From NCBI GenBank assembly GCA_964631365.1, contig CAZVZW010000002.1, positions 9,849 through 54,065 on the forward strand: 44,217 bases of DNA. The letters are read 5' to 3'. Of the stretch, positions 26,303 to 35,026 are shown one piece after another (the stretch's first letter is position 1; each line of letters opens with the position of its first letter). The notes beneath the pieces were generated by a model. That model ran no database searches, was not told the DNA's origin, and saw only the letters and a list, made by a program, of their open reading frames with translations. The translations under genes were made by a program, and so were the position numbers. Origin of the DNA: an uncultured Chloroflexota bacterium. GTDB lineage: Bacteria > Chloroflexota > UBA11872 > VXNJ01.

Positions 26303-27061
26303 ATGGGCCAGTCGCTGATCGCCGGGCCCGAAGTCTTCTGGATGAGTCACTGGGATGAAGAGCTGCCGCTGGCCTTCAACGTCACCCTCATCCGCGGTCA
26401 CGGCATCACCGCCCTGGTCAACACCTCCCCACCCGACACCACCGAATACGTTGAAGAGCACTTCCCGGCCATGCGCTACCTGCACGACGCCCCGAAGGGC
26501 GACCTCGTCCGCGAAGACGGCCACTACATTGAAGCCGCCCTCGCCGCCGCGGATCTCACTCCCGACGACATCACGCACGTCTTCCTCACCCCGCTTGAGA
26601 TGTACACCACCGGCACGCTGGACAAGTTCCGCCGCGCCCAGATCGGGATCGCCAGGCGCGGCTGGATCCACTTCCACGTCACCCACGACCATCCCCACGA
26701 TTCCCGCTGGCGGTCCTTCACCCCGGAGACAATGGTCGACTTGATCACCGACTCCTGGGATCGCGTCCGCCTCCTCGAAGACGAAGACCAGATCGCGCCC
26801 GGGCTGCGCACCTGGTGGTCTGGCGCCCACCACCGCGAGTCAATGGTGGTCGAAGTCGATACCGCCGCCGGCGTCGTCGCCATCTCCGACTCGTTCTTCT
26901 ACTACGAAAACGTCGAAGACGGTCAGATGCTGGGCCTTTGCGAGAACATGTACGAGGCTCTCGAGGCCAACCGCCGCGTCCTGGCCACCGCCGACCACAT
27001 CGTTCCCGTCCACGACCCCAAAGTGTTCGATCGCTACCCCGGCGGCATAATCGCCGATTGA
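26303..27061 (+). CDS. metallo-beta-lactamase-fold, AHL-lactonase-like protein with a degenerate HxHxDH motif
   Basis: Collinear by eye with AiiA-type lactonases, but the HxHxDH position reads TPLEMYTTG. GAHH, SDS and VHD elements are retained. The start is uncertain: ATG 26303, or CTG 26276 directly behind GAGGAG, which would add LEYSVQVLS. Confidence 0.6.
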   Translation: MGQSLIAGPEVFWMSHWDEELPLAFNVTLIRGHGITALVNTSPPDTTEYVEEHFPAMRYLHDAPKGDLVREDGHYIEAALAAADLTPDDITHVFLTPLEMYTTGTLDKFRRAQIGIARRGWIHFHVTHDHPHDSRWRSFTPETMVDLITDSWDRVRLLEDEDQIAPGLRTWWSGAHHRESMVVEVDTAAGVVAISDSFFYYENVEDGQMLGLCENMYEALEANRRVLATADHIVPVHDPKVFDRYPGGIIAD

Positions 27062-27080
27062 CCCCAACCACGGAGAGACC

Positions 27081-28091
27081 ATGGAACCTGTAAACGTCGC
27101 CCTCTTCGGCATCGGCATGATCGGGCGCGAGCATGCCCGCATCCTCGACGCCAATCCCGGCGCCAACCTGCTCGCCGTCTGCGACACCGATCCCGACGCC
27201 GCCCAGTATGTGCCCGACGGCGTCGAGTTCACCACCGATCTCGACGCCGCTCTGGGCACTCCGGGTCTCGAAGCCGTCTGGGTCTGCACTCCCCAGGCAT
27301 TCCACCTGCCGGTGGTCGAAGCCGCCCTGGACCGTGGCCTGGCGGTGTTTTGCGAGAAGCCCATCGCCGCCTCCATCGAGGACGCCAACGCCATGCTGGT
27401 CGCCGCCGAGCGCAATCCCGGCCCCCTGGCCATCGGCCACACGTTGCGCTTCGACCCCAACTACATCGCCGTGCACGATGCCGTCGCCGCCGGCGAACTC
27501 GGCGAGATCGTCCACCTCGCCGCGCGTTGGAACGCTCCCGATTACGAAGGCCGCATCATCTCCGGCCGCACCACCGTCCCGGCCGAGATGGCCATCCACG
27601 ACCTTGACATAATGCGCTGGCTCGTCGGCCCTATCGAACGCATCTACGCCGAGGCGGCCGGCATGGAAGTCGTCGGGCCCGGCCCCGACGCCGCCGTAGG
27701 GACCGTGCGCTTCGCCTCCGGCGCGGTCGGAGCCCTCGATCACAACTGGATCCTGCCCGGTGAAAGCGGAGTCAAATCGGACCATCGCCTGGCGGTTTTC
27801 GGCTCGCGCGGCTCGGCCTACGTCGAGTCCCGCGAGACCCCGGCGGTCATCTTTACCGAAGATTCCACCCGCTTCCTTAACACCACCTACTATTCGTACC
27901 CCAACGGCATCCCTTTCGGTGCCCTGCCCACCGCGGACGCCTACCTCCTGGCCATGGTCCGCGACGGCCGCCCGTGGCCCATCAGCCTCGAAGACGCCCG
28001 CGCCGCCCTGGTCGCGGCGACCGCCATGGAGAAGTCCATCGAAACCGGCCGCCCCGTGTTGCTCGCCGACGTCGAAGCCGGCCGTGTTTGA
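27081..28091 (+). CDS. Gfo/Idh/MocA family NAD(P)-dependent oxidoreductase, paralog 2
   Basis: 336 aa. FGIGMIGREH, FCEKPIA and GHTLRFDP blocks. Long collinear identity with 25239-26264. Confidence 0.85.
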   Translation: MEPVNVALFGIGMIGREHARILDANPGANLLAVCDTDPDAAQYVPDGVEFTTDLDAALGTPGLEAVWVCTPQAFHLPVVEAALDRGLAVFCEKPIAASIEDANAMLVAAERNPGPLAIGHTLRFDPNYIAVHDAVAAGELGEIVHLAARWNAPDYEGRIISGRTTVPAEMAIHDLDIMRWLVGPIERIYAEAAGMEVVGPGPDAAVGTVRFASGAVGALDHNWILPGESGVKSDHRLAVFGSRGSAYVESRETPAVIFTEDSTRFLNTTYYSYPNGIPFGALPTADAYLLAMVRDGRPWPISLEDARAALVAATAMEKSIETGRPVLLADVEAGRV

Positions 28092-28190
28092 GTCCCGGGC
28101 ACGAGAACAAGTGATCCAACTACCTTCCCCGACCGCGCCACCATCCTCCCCGTTCGCTTCACCCGACCCGCAATCAACAAGGAAATTTCA

Positions 28191-29240
28191 ATGAGCCATG
28201 TGATGACCGTTCGCGGCCCCATCGACCCATCGGAAGTCGGTCCCACGCTCACCCACGAGCACATCTTCATGGACGGCCGTCCGGGCTGGGACCCGTCCGA
28301 GTTGCACGATCGCTCCATCGGCGAGCGCCCCCTCTCACCCCGCACCGCTGGCATCGCGCGCTGGAACGGCTCCGGCATTCGCGACAACCTGGCACTGCTC
28401 CATGACGACGACTACGACCTGATGCGTGGCGAAGTCGCCGAATTCGTGGAAGCCACCGACGGCAAGGGAGTCCTCGTCGAACTCACCATCGTCGGGATAA
28501 ATCCCCAGCCTGCCGCCCTCCTCAAGCTGTCCAACAACCTCGACCTGCACATCGTCGAAGGTTGCGGCTACTACGTCCACTCCACCCATCCTGAGTCGCT
28601 TGAAGACCAGAGCGTCGACGAGATCGCCGACGAGCTCCACAGGATCGTCACCGAAGGGTTCGACGGCACCCCGGTTCGTCCCGGGCTCATCGGCGAGATC
28701 GGCACCTCCGAGGAGCTTCAACCTTGCGAAGAGCGCGTCCTGCAGGCCTCGGCCCGGGTCGCCATCAAGACTGGGCTCCCGATCAACATCCACGCCCATC
28801 CGCCGAAGCTCCCGGTACTGATGCGCATCCTCGACATCCTCGAGGAAGCCGGCCACGATCTCCGCCGCACCTCGATCTCCCACCTCGACGAAATCTGGGA
28901 CCTCGACTATCACATTCAAGTCCTGAGGCGCGGCGTCATCACCGGCTTCGACAGCTTCGGCCAGGACGGTTACTTCAGCCCCACCTGGAAGTCGATGAGC
29001 GACCACACCAAGATGACCACCATGGTCGCCCTGATCGATCACGGTTTCGAAGACCAGTTGGTCATGTCACAGGACATCTGCAAGAAGCACTACCTGCTCG
29101 AATTCGGCGGCCTCGGGTACGACCACGTTGTCCGCCGCATCGTCCCGCGCCTGAAGAGTGTCTTCGGCGTCGACGACGCGACTATCGACAAGCTACTCGT
29201 GCAGACTCCGCGGCGTTTCCTGACCATCGACAGGGACTAG
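28191..29240 (+). CDS. phosphotriesterase-family (Php/PTER-like) hydrolase, copy 1
   Basis: 349 aa. MSHVMTVRGPI, THEHI (HxH), GEIGTSE, NIHAH, SHLDE and SQD ligand pattern. Confidence 0.9.
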   Translation: MSHVMTVRGPIDPSEVGPTLTHEHIFMDGRPGWDPSELHDRSIGERPLSPRTAGIARWNGSGIRDNLALLHDDDYDLMRGEVAEFVEATDGKGVLVELTIVGINPQPAALLKLSNNLDLHIVEGCGYYVHSTHPESLEDQSVDEIADELHRIVTEGFDGTPVRPGLIGEIGTSEELQPCEERVLQASARVAIKTGLPINIHAHPPKLPVLMRILDILEEAGHDLRRTSISHLDEIWDLDYHIQVLRRGVITGFDSFGQDGYFSPTWKSMSDHTKMTTMVALIDHGFEDQLVMSQDICKKHYLLEFGGLGYDHVVRRIVPRLKSVFGVDDATIDKLLVQTPRRFLTIDRD

Positions 29241-29243
29241 CCG

Positions 29244-29279
29244 CCCCGGCGACGCGCCGGGGGCCGGAGCGCCGGCCCC
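29244..29279. terminator. two overlapping perfect GC hairpins between convergent genes (candidate bidirectional terminator)
   Basis: ccccggcg-acg-cgccgggg (29244-29262) and ggggccgg-agcg-ccggcccc (29260-29279). Each has an 8-bp perfect stem. There is no U-tract. Confidence 0.35.
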
Positions 29280-29306
29280 GCCCGGCAACCACCGGAGGAA
29301 CTACGC

Positions 29307-30353
29307 CTAGGCCGGGTCCGGGCGCGTCAGCAGCCGGCGCGGAGTCTCCAGCAGTGCCTTGTCGATCGCCGTCTGCGACAGCCCCATGTGCTCCCGCATG
29401 CGCGGGATCACCCGCTCCAGCACGTGGTCATAGCCCATCCCCGCGTAGCGACGCAGGTAGTGCTTCTTGCCCATGTCCTGCGCCACCACCAACTGATCCT
29501 CAAATCCGCGCTCGGCCAGAGACACCATCGTCTGCGCCTTTTCCTGGTCGCTCAGCGATTTCCACGTCGGCGTGAAATAGCCGTCCTGGCCAAAGCTGTC
29601 GAACCCGGTCACCACGCCCTTTTCCAGCACCTGGGTGTGGTAGTCGAGGTCCATGATCTCATCCAGGTGCGACAGGTAGATCCGGTCGGCCGGCAGTCCC
29701 TCTTCCAGAAGTAGATCGATGATGCGTAGTGTCACCGCCAGCTTTGGCGGATGGCAGTGCACGTTCACTGCCGTCCCCGTCGCCAGCCCTGCCCGCGCCG
29801 ATGCCCGCAGCACCCGTTCCTCACAATCCTGCAGCGTTTCCGACGTCCCGATCTCGCCGAGAATTCCGGGCCGCACATCGGTGTCCAGTAAGCCCTCGTT
29901 CAGTTGCGTCAGGAAGTACTCGGTCATCCGCTCCACGGAGGCGTCCTCCAGCCACTCCGGGTGACAATCGTGCACGTAGAAGCCCAGCCCCGCCACCACG
30001 TTCAGGTCCAGTTCCTCGGACAGTTGGCGCATCTTCGCCGGCGCCGGTGAGATACCCTCGATCGTCAACTCCACTAGGCAATTGCCGCCCGCCTCCTTAA
30101 AATGCCCCACCTCTTCTAGGATGAGCAGGTAGTCCCTGTCCGGCGACGCCACCAGGTCGTCCAGGTAGGCCCCGTTGTCCCAGCGCGCCAGCGCCGCTAG
30201 GCTTGCGTCGATCGGCTGCCGGCCGTCCTCCGGATCGGCCAGTCCCGACGGGTCCCAGAACTGACTGGCATCGAAGAATATGTGCTCGTGCATCATCGTC
30301 GGACCCAGGTCCCCGGGTCGGATTGGCCCCCGTACCGTCATGATATGACTCAT
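29307..30353 (-). CDS. phosphotriesterase-family (Php/PTER-like) hydrolase, copy 2
   Basis: 348 aa. MSHIMTVRGPI, MHEHI, GEIGTSE, NVHCH, SHLDE and AQD. Confidence 0.9.
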   Translation of the reverse strand: MSHIMTVRGPIRPGDLGPTMMHEHIFFDASQFWDPSGLADPEDGRQPIDASLAALARWDNGAYLDDLVASPDRDYLLILEEVGHFKEAGGNCLVELTIEGISPAPAKMRQLSEELDLNVVAGLGFYVHDCHPEWLEDASVERMTEYFLTQLNEGLLDTDVRPGILGEIGTSETLQDCEERVLRASARAGLATGTAVNVHCHPPKLAVTLRIIDLLLEEGLPADRIYLSHLDEIMDLDYHTQVLEKGVVTGFDSFGQDGYFTPTWKSLSDQEKAQTMVSLAERGFEDQLVVAQDMGKKHYLRRYAGMGYDHVLERVIPRMREHMGLSQTAIDKALLETPRRLLTRPDPA

Positions 30354-30393
30354 CGCAGTCCCCTTCGTTTGCTACTTCCCGAAACAATCCCGG

Positions 30394-31443
30394 CTACGCG
30401 TCGCCGTCCCGCGTCAACAGCCGTCGCGGTGTGCCCACCAGCGCCTTGTCGATCGCCGCCTGCGACACGCCCATGAACTTCTTCATCCGCGGCATCACCC
30501 GTTCGATCACGTGGTCATAGCCCATCCCGCCGTAGCACCGCATGTAGCGTTTTCGACCGATGTCCTGGGCCACCACCAGCTGATCCTCGAATCCCCGATC
30601 AATTAACGCCACCATCATCTGCATCTTCTCGAGGTCGCTCCGCGACTTCCAGGTGGGCGTGAAATGCCCATCCTGGCCAAAGCTGTCGAACCCCGTCACC
30701 ACGCCCCGTTCCAGAACCTGGGTGTGGTAGTCCAGGTCCATGATCTCGTCCAGGTGGGAGAGGTATACCCGGTCCGCCGGCAGCCCTTCCCCGATCAGGG
30801 TATCGATGATCCGCAGCGTCACCTCCAGCGCCGGGGGATGGCAGTGCACGTTCACCGTCGTGCCCGTCGCCACCCCGGACCGCCCCGCCGCCTGCAAGAC
30901 CCGGATCTCACAGTCGTAGATCTCCTCCGATGTTCCGATCTCGCCCACGATCCCCGGCCGCACGTCCGTACCCAGCAACCCGCCGTGTAGTTGTTTCAGG
31001 AAGTAGTCGGTGAGCTCCTCCACCGACGCGTTGTCCACCCACGGCGGATGCACCGCGTGCACGTAGAAACCGAGCCCGGCGACCACGTGGAGATCTACCT
31101 CCTCCGACAGATCACGCACCCGTAGCGGCGCCGGCTCAATGCCCTCGACGGACAGCTCGACGAGGCAGCTGCCGCCGCAGGCTTTGTAGTGCCCGACCTC
31201 CTCAACTAACAGGTCGTAGTCGGCATCCGGCAACATCACGACATCGTCCAGAAACCCGGTGCCGTGCCATCGGGCGAGGCCCCCCAGGCTGGCGTCAATG
31301 GGCCTTCTGCCAACCTCCGGATCCGTCATTTCGGACGGGTCCCAGAAGTCCGCGTTCGTAGTCTTGAAGATGTGCTCGTGCATCATCGTCGGCCCTAGAT
31401 CCTCGGGGCGGATCGGCCCCCGCACAGTCATGATGTGACTCAT
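30394..31443 (-). CDS. phosphotriesterase-family (Php/PTER-like) hydrolase, copy 3
   Basis: 349 aa with the same ligand pattern as copy 2. RBS GAAGGGG. Lies 40 nt upstream of copy 2. Confidence 0.9.
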   Translation of the reverse strand: MSHIMTVRGPIRPEDLGPTMMHEHIFKTTNADFWDPSEMTDPEVGRRPIDASLGGLARWHGTGFLDDVVMLPDADYDLLVEEVGHYKACGGSCLVELSVEGIEPAPLRVRDLSEEVDLHVVAGLGFYVHAVHPPWVDNASVEELTDYFLKQLHGGLLGTDVRPGIVGEIGTSEEIYDCEIRVLQAAGRSGVATGTTVNVHCHPPALEVTLRIIDTLIGEGLPADRVYLSHLDEIMDLDYHTQVLERGVVTGFDSFGQDGHFTPTWKSRSDLEKMQMMVALIDRGFEDQLVVAQDIGRKRYMRCYGGMGYDHVIERVMPRMKKFMGVSQAAIDKALVGTPRRLLTRDGDA

Positions 31444-31467
31444 CTCAAAACCCCCTTCGTTGGACAG

Positions 31468-32535
31468 CTAGTCAGACCATTGGTCCCGGCCGTCGCCGAC
31501 CCGGGTCAGCAGCCGCCGCGGCGTATCCACCAGCGCCTTGTCAATGGCCGTCTGCGACACGCCCAGGTGCTTCTTCATCCGCGGCATCACCCGCTCGATC
31601 ACGTGGTCGTAGCCCATGCCGCCGTAGCGTCGCATGTAGTGCTTCTTGCCGATGTCCTGGGCCACCACCAGCTGATCCTCGAATCCCCGGTCGATCAACG
31701 CCACCATCATCTGCATCTTCTCGAGGTCGCTCCGCGACTTCCACGTCGGCGTGAAGTACCCGTCCTGGCCAAAGCTGTCGAACCCCGTCACGACCCCTCG
31801 CTCCAGCACCTTCGTGTGGTATTCAACGTCGTCGATTTCGTCGAGGTGGGAAAGGTAGACCCGGTCCGCCGGAAGCCCCTGGCCGGTCAGCGTGTCAATA
31901 ATTAGCAGCGTCGTGTCCAGGACCGGCGGATGGCAGTGCACGTTCACTGCCGTGCCCGTTGCCACCCCGGCTCTCCCCGCCGCCTGCAGAACCCGAATCT
32001 CGCAGTCGACGATGTCTTCCGACGTCCCGATCTCGCCAATGATCCCCGGCCGCACGTCCGTACCCAGTAACCCTTCGTTCAGTTGCTTCACGAAGTAGTC
32101 CGTCAACTCCTCCACCGACGCATTGTCCACCCAGGGTGGGTGGATCGCGTGCACGTAGAAACCGAGCCCGGCCACCACGTGCAGATCGAGCTCCTGGGAC
32201 AGGTCGCGCATGCGCACCGGCGCCGGTTTGATGCCCTCGATCGACAGCTCCACGATGCAACCGCCGCCGCACGATTTGTAGTGCCCCAGTTCCTCGATCA
32301 TCAGGTCGTAATCGGCGTCGGGCAACAACACGATATCGTCACGAAACATGCTGCCGTTCCACCGGGCGAGCCCCGAAAGGCTGGCGTTCATCAACTTTTC
32401 GCCAAGTTCCGGATCTTCGAGATCGGACGGGTCCCAGAACGCTGCACTGGTGTCTTTAAAGATGTGCTCATGCATCATCGTGGGGCCGACTTCTTCGGGC
32501 GAAATCGGACCGCGTACGGTCATTACGTGGCTCAT
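31468..32535 (-). CDS. phosphotriesterase-family (Php/PTER-like) hydrolase, copy 4
   Basis: 355 aa with the same ligand pattern. Lies 24 nt upstream of copy 3 and shares long identical DNA blocks with it. Confidence 0.9.
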   Translation of the reverse strand: MSHVMTVRGPISPEEVGPTMMHEHIFKDTSAAFWDPSDLEDPELGEKLMNASLSGLARWNGSMFRDDIVLLPDADYDLMIEELGHYKSCGGGCIVELSIEGIKPAPVRMRDLSQELDLHVVAGLGFYVHAIHPPWVDNASVEELTDYFVKQLNEGLLGTDVRPGIIGEIGTSEDIVDCEIRVLQAAGRAGVATGTAVNVHCHPPVLDTTLLIIDTLTGQGLPADRVYLSHLDEIDDVEYHTKVLERGVVTGFDSFGQDGYFTPTWKSRSDLEKMQMMVALIDRGFEDQLVVAQDIGKKHYMRRYGGMGYDHVIERVMPRMKKHLGVSQTAIDKALVDTPRRLLTRVGDGRDQWSD

Positions 32536-32614
32536 TCCAACCTCCCGGCTCCGTCCCGGCCGGGCCCTTACCCGGGTTCCGGCCTGCCCGACGGATCACT
32601 CGTGGCGGCCTGGC

Positions 32615-32632
32615 TGTTGCGCAGACCGCAAT
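32615..32632. promoter_or_regulatory. candidate IclR operator, tGTTGCG-N5-CGCAAt (site 3)
   Basis: tgttgcgcagaccgcaat lies 80 nt upstream of PTE copy 4 (start 32535) and 188 nt upstream of the creatininase-family gene (start 32820). Confidence 0.35.
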
Positions 32633-32819
32633 GGCGATGCGGAATTATAGCCACAACGGCCCCCGGTTCCCGTCGGTCGGCCATGGCAGTGGCTCCGTCC
32701 GGGAAGAGCCGATCTTGCGGCGCCGTGCAACCGATGGAGGAACGGACGCCCGCGTCTATGCAAGAATTCGCGGGGCCGCGAGTTTGACGCGAACTGGCGG
32801 TACCGGAAAGTGGCTGCAC

Positions 32820-33587
32820 ATGAACGACGCGACGACAATCCACCAGATTCAGGATCTCACCCGCGAGGAAGTCGCCCGCATCGCCCCGGATGCCGTGGCC
32901 GTCTTCCCGACCAGCTCGACCGAGCAGCACGGGCCGCACCTCGCGGTCCGGGTCGACGCGCTCCTCGTCGGCGAAGTTGTTCAACGGGCCATGCGGCGCG
33001 TTGCGACCTCCCGCCCCGTCGTGCTCGTACCGCCCCTAGTGTTCGGCGCTTCCGATCACCACCGACCTTGGGCCGGGACGTTGTCACTGAACCTGGACAC
33101 CTACATGCGGGTCGTCCGGGACGTTTGCGAATCGCTTTCTCTCAACGGCTTTCGACGGGTGCTACTGATGAATGGACACGGTGGCAACGACGCCCCGAAC
33201 ATAGTCGCCGCTCGCGACGTCGCCAATCGCTTTGACATCCGCATCGACGCCTACTCCTACTGGAACATCAACCGGGACGCGCTGCTAGCCCTCGCACCGG
33301 GCGAATTCGGCGCCCTGCCCGGTCACGCTTCAGATTTTGAGACCTCCTGCATGCTCGCCGTCGATCCCAACTCGGTCCGTCCCGATTTTGAATCCCTGAT
33401 AGGTGCGGCGATGGCCGCCACAATCGACGGCGAGACCGCCGACTTCGGAATCGCCGGGCCCGCCGGCAAGCCAACTCTCGGTTTCTCCGACGACTCCAGC
33501 CACGCCAACGCGGAGATTGGTGAAGCGTTCTTGGATCGGGCCGGACAGAGCTTGGCCGAGTACATCGATCGCGAGTTCGGCGGGTAG
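32820..33587 (+). CDS. creatininase (creatinine amidohydrolase/MftE-like) family protein
   Basis: 255 aa starting from MNDATTIHQI. STEQHGPHL and LLMNGHGGN motifs are characteristic of the creatininase family. The upstream 63 codons of the track ORF are unlikely to be coding. Confidence 0.8.
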   Translation: MNDATTIHQIQDLTREEVARIAPDAVAVFPTSSTEQHGPHLAVRVDALLVGEVVQRAMRRVATSRPVVLVPPLVFGASDHHRPWAGTLSLNLDTYMRVVRDVCESLSLNGFRRVLLMNGHGGNDAPNIVAARDVANRFDIRIDAYSYWNINRDALLALAPGEFGALPGHASDFETSCMLAVDPNSVRPDFESLIGAAMAATIDGETADFGIAGPAGKPTLGFSDDSSHANAEIGEAFLDRAGQSLAEYIDREFGG

Positions 33588-33612
33588 CCCCCGGGCTCCA
33601 GGTCCGGCCGAA

Positions 33613-34563
33613 TCAGTCCAGCGCCGCGATCAGCCCGCTCATATAGCCCACCGCGTGCGCCCGCGCCCGGTGGCCGTAGGTCGAATCGTTCACCATTCCC
33701 GGCACGTGATCGTCGATGAGGTAGCCATCGAATCCGGCCTCATGCAGCGTCCGAATCACCTCCGCCAGGTCCAGGTTCCCCTCGCCCAGGAAGCACTCTT
33801 CGAAGCTCTCGGCGGTCCCGCGAACGTCACGGAAGTGGACGTAGCAGATTCGCTCCCGCTCAGCGAAGTAGCGCACCGCTTCCAGGCAGTCGGAACCCAT
33901 CATCGCCGACCACGAACCGGTGCAGAACTGCATGCCCAGGTTCGGGCTCGGAGCCGTCGCGAACAGCCGCTTGAACGCCTCAAAATCGATGAGCGCCCGC
34001 CCCACTCCGCCCAGCAACGGCACCGGCGGATCGTCCGGGTGGACCGCCAGTCGCACCCCGGTCGCTTCCGCAACCGGCAGCACCGCGTCCAGGAAGTATT
34101 CGAGATTCGCCCACATTTCCGCGACCGGGTAGGTCCGCCCGTGCGACACCGGAGCCCGCTGCGCCAGTTCCAGGTCGAAATCCGCCACCCGGGCTCCTCC
34201 TCGCCCCCGCTTTGCCCGGGATGTTCGCCAGACCCCGTCCGTCATCCAGTGAAAGCCCAGTATCGGGATGCCCGCCCGGCCCACGTTGCGGATGGTCGCG
34301 CAATAGTCCTCGATCTGCTCATCGCGCCCCGGCAACCCGAGCAGGGGGCGGTCGTAGAAGGTTGGATAAGAGGACTCGACCGCGAACAACTCCAATCCCG
34401 CCGATTCAACCCGCCGGCGATGACGGAGCAGGTCCGCGTACTCCCAGCGCTTTTCGCCGGGCAGTTCTGGGGTGTTCAACTGGATACCGGTCGCGCCCAG
34501 CTGAGCCGCGAACGTCAGCGCCTCATCATCCAGTTGCTTGAGTTGTCCGACGCCGACCCGCAT
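33613..34563 (-). CDS. xylose-isomerase-like TIM-barrel protein resembling mannonate dehydratase (UxuA family)
   Basis: 316 aa. GLPGRDEQIEDYCATIRNVGRAGIPILGFHWM resembles the UxuA block RDE.IENY..T.RN...AGI.V.CYNFM, and the C-terminal CYVHFRDV is also UxuA-like. Assignment is by eye only. Confidence 0.55.
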   Translation of the reverse strand: MRVGVGQLKQLDDEALTFAAQLGATGIQLNTPELPGEKRWEYADLLRHRRRVESAGLELFAVESSYPTFYDRPLLGLPGRDEQIEDYCATIRNVGRAGIPILGFHWMTDGVWRTSRAKRGRGGARVADFDLELAQRAPVSHGRTYPVAEMWANLEYFLDAVLPVAEATGVRLAVHPDDPPVPLLGGVGRALIDFEAFKRLFATAPSPNLGMQFCTGSWSAMMGSDCLEAVRYFAERERICYVHFRDVRGTAESFEECFLGEGNLDLAEVIRTLHEAGFDGYLIDDHVPGMVNDSTYGHRARAHAVGYMSGLIAALD

Positions 34564-35026
34564 CGACCCTCCCGGTGTCCATCGCCCAAATCGCGGCCAC
34601 TATACCGGGCTGCTCGCGACCAATCCGGGCGCTGGCTTCAGCCGCTCGCCCGCCGACTCGTCACGTCCCGCGGCCGCCTAGCTCAGGCCGCGGCAGTTCA
34701 CGCAGCGTCGCTTGACCCGGTCCAGCACCTCGTCGAAGTCCCCGCCGTCCTCCAGGAGCACTGCCCCCACCTTCTGCAGCATCGCGTTCGGCGTGATCGG
34801 ATTTCCTAACACCTCGCACAGAGCCTCGGCATCGCCCAGGTGCTAGGCGAGGGGCTGCAACTGCCGCGGCGGGCCGGTCGTAGCGATACAGGGATAAGGT
34901 ACAGGTCATACCGACCCGACGGGCGGGTGTACGTCGGTATGGGCCACCGGTGGCAGGACCCCGGGACAGCCCTATGCGGTTGCCGGGCCCTCCCCCGGGT
35001 GGAAATCGGGAGGGCCTTGGATGCGG

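Noticed and set aside
29241-29306. Possibility that the convergent PTE copies 1 and 2 form a large inverted repeat or a recombination cassette.
   Set aside because: Copy 1 is the most divergent of the four at the protein level, and I saw no long identical nucleotide blocks with copy 2. The spacer holds only GC hairpins consistent with terminators.
34678-34842. Short minus-strand frame ending ...DRVKRRCVNCRGLS* considered as a CDS feature.
   Set aside because: It has no ATG or GTG with an RBS giving a sensible N-terminus, and I recognise no family. It is kept only as a possible remnant in the boundary finding.
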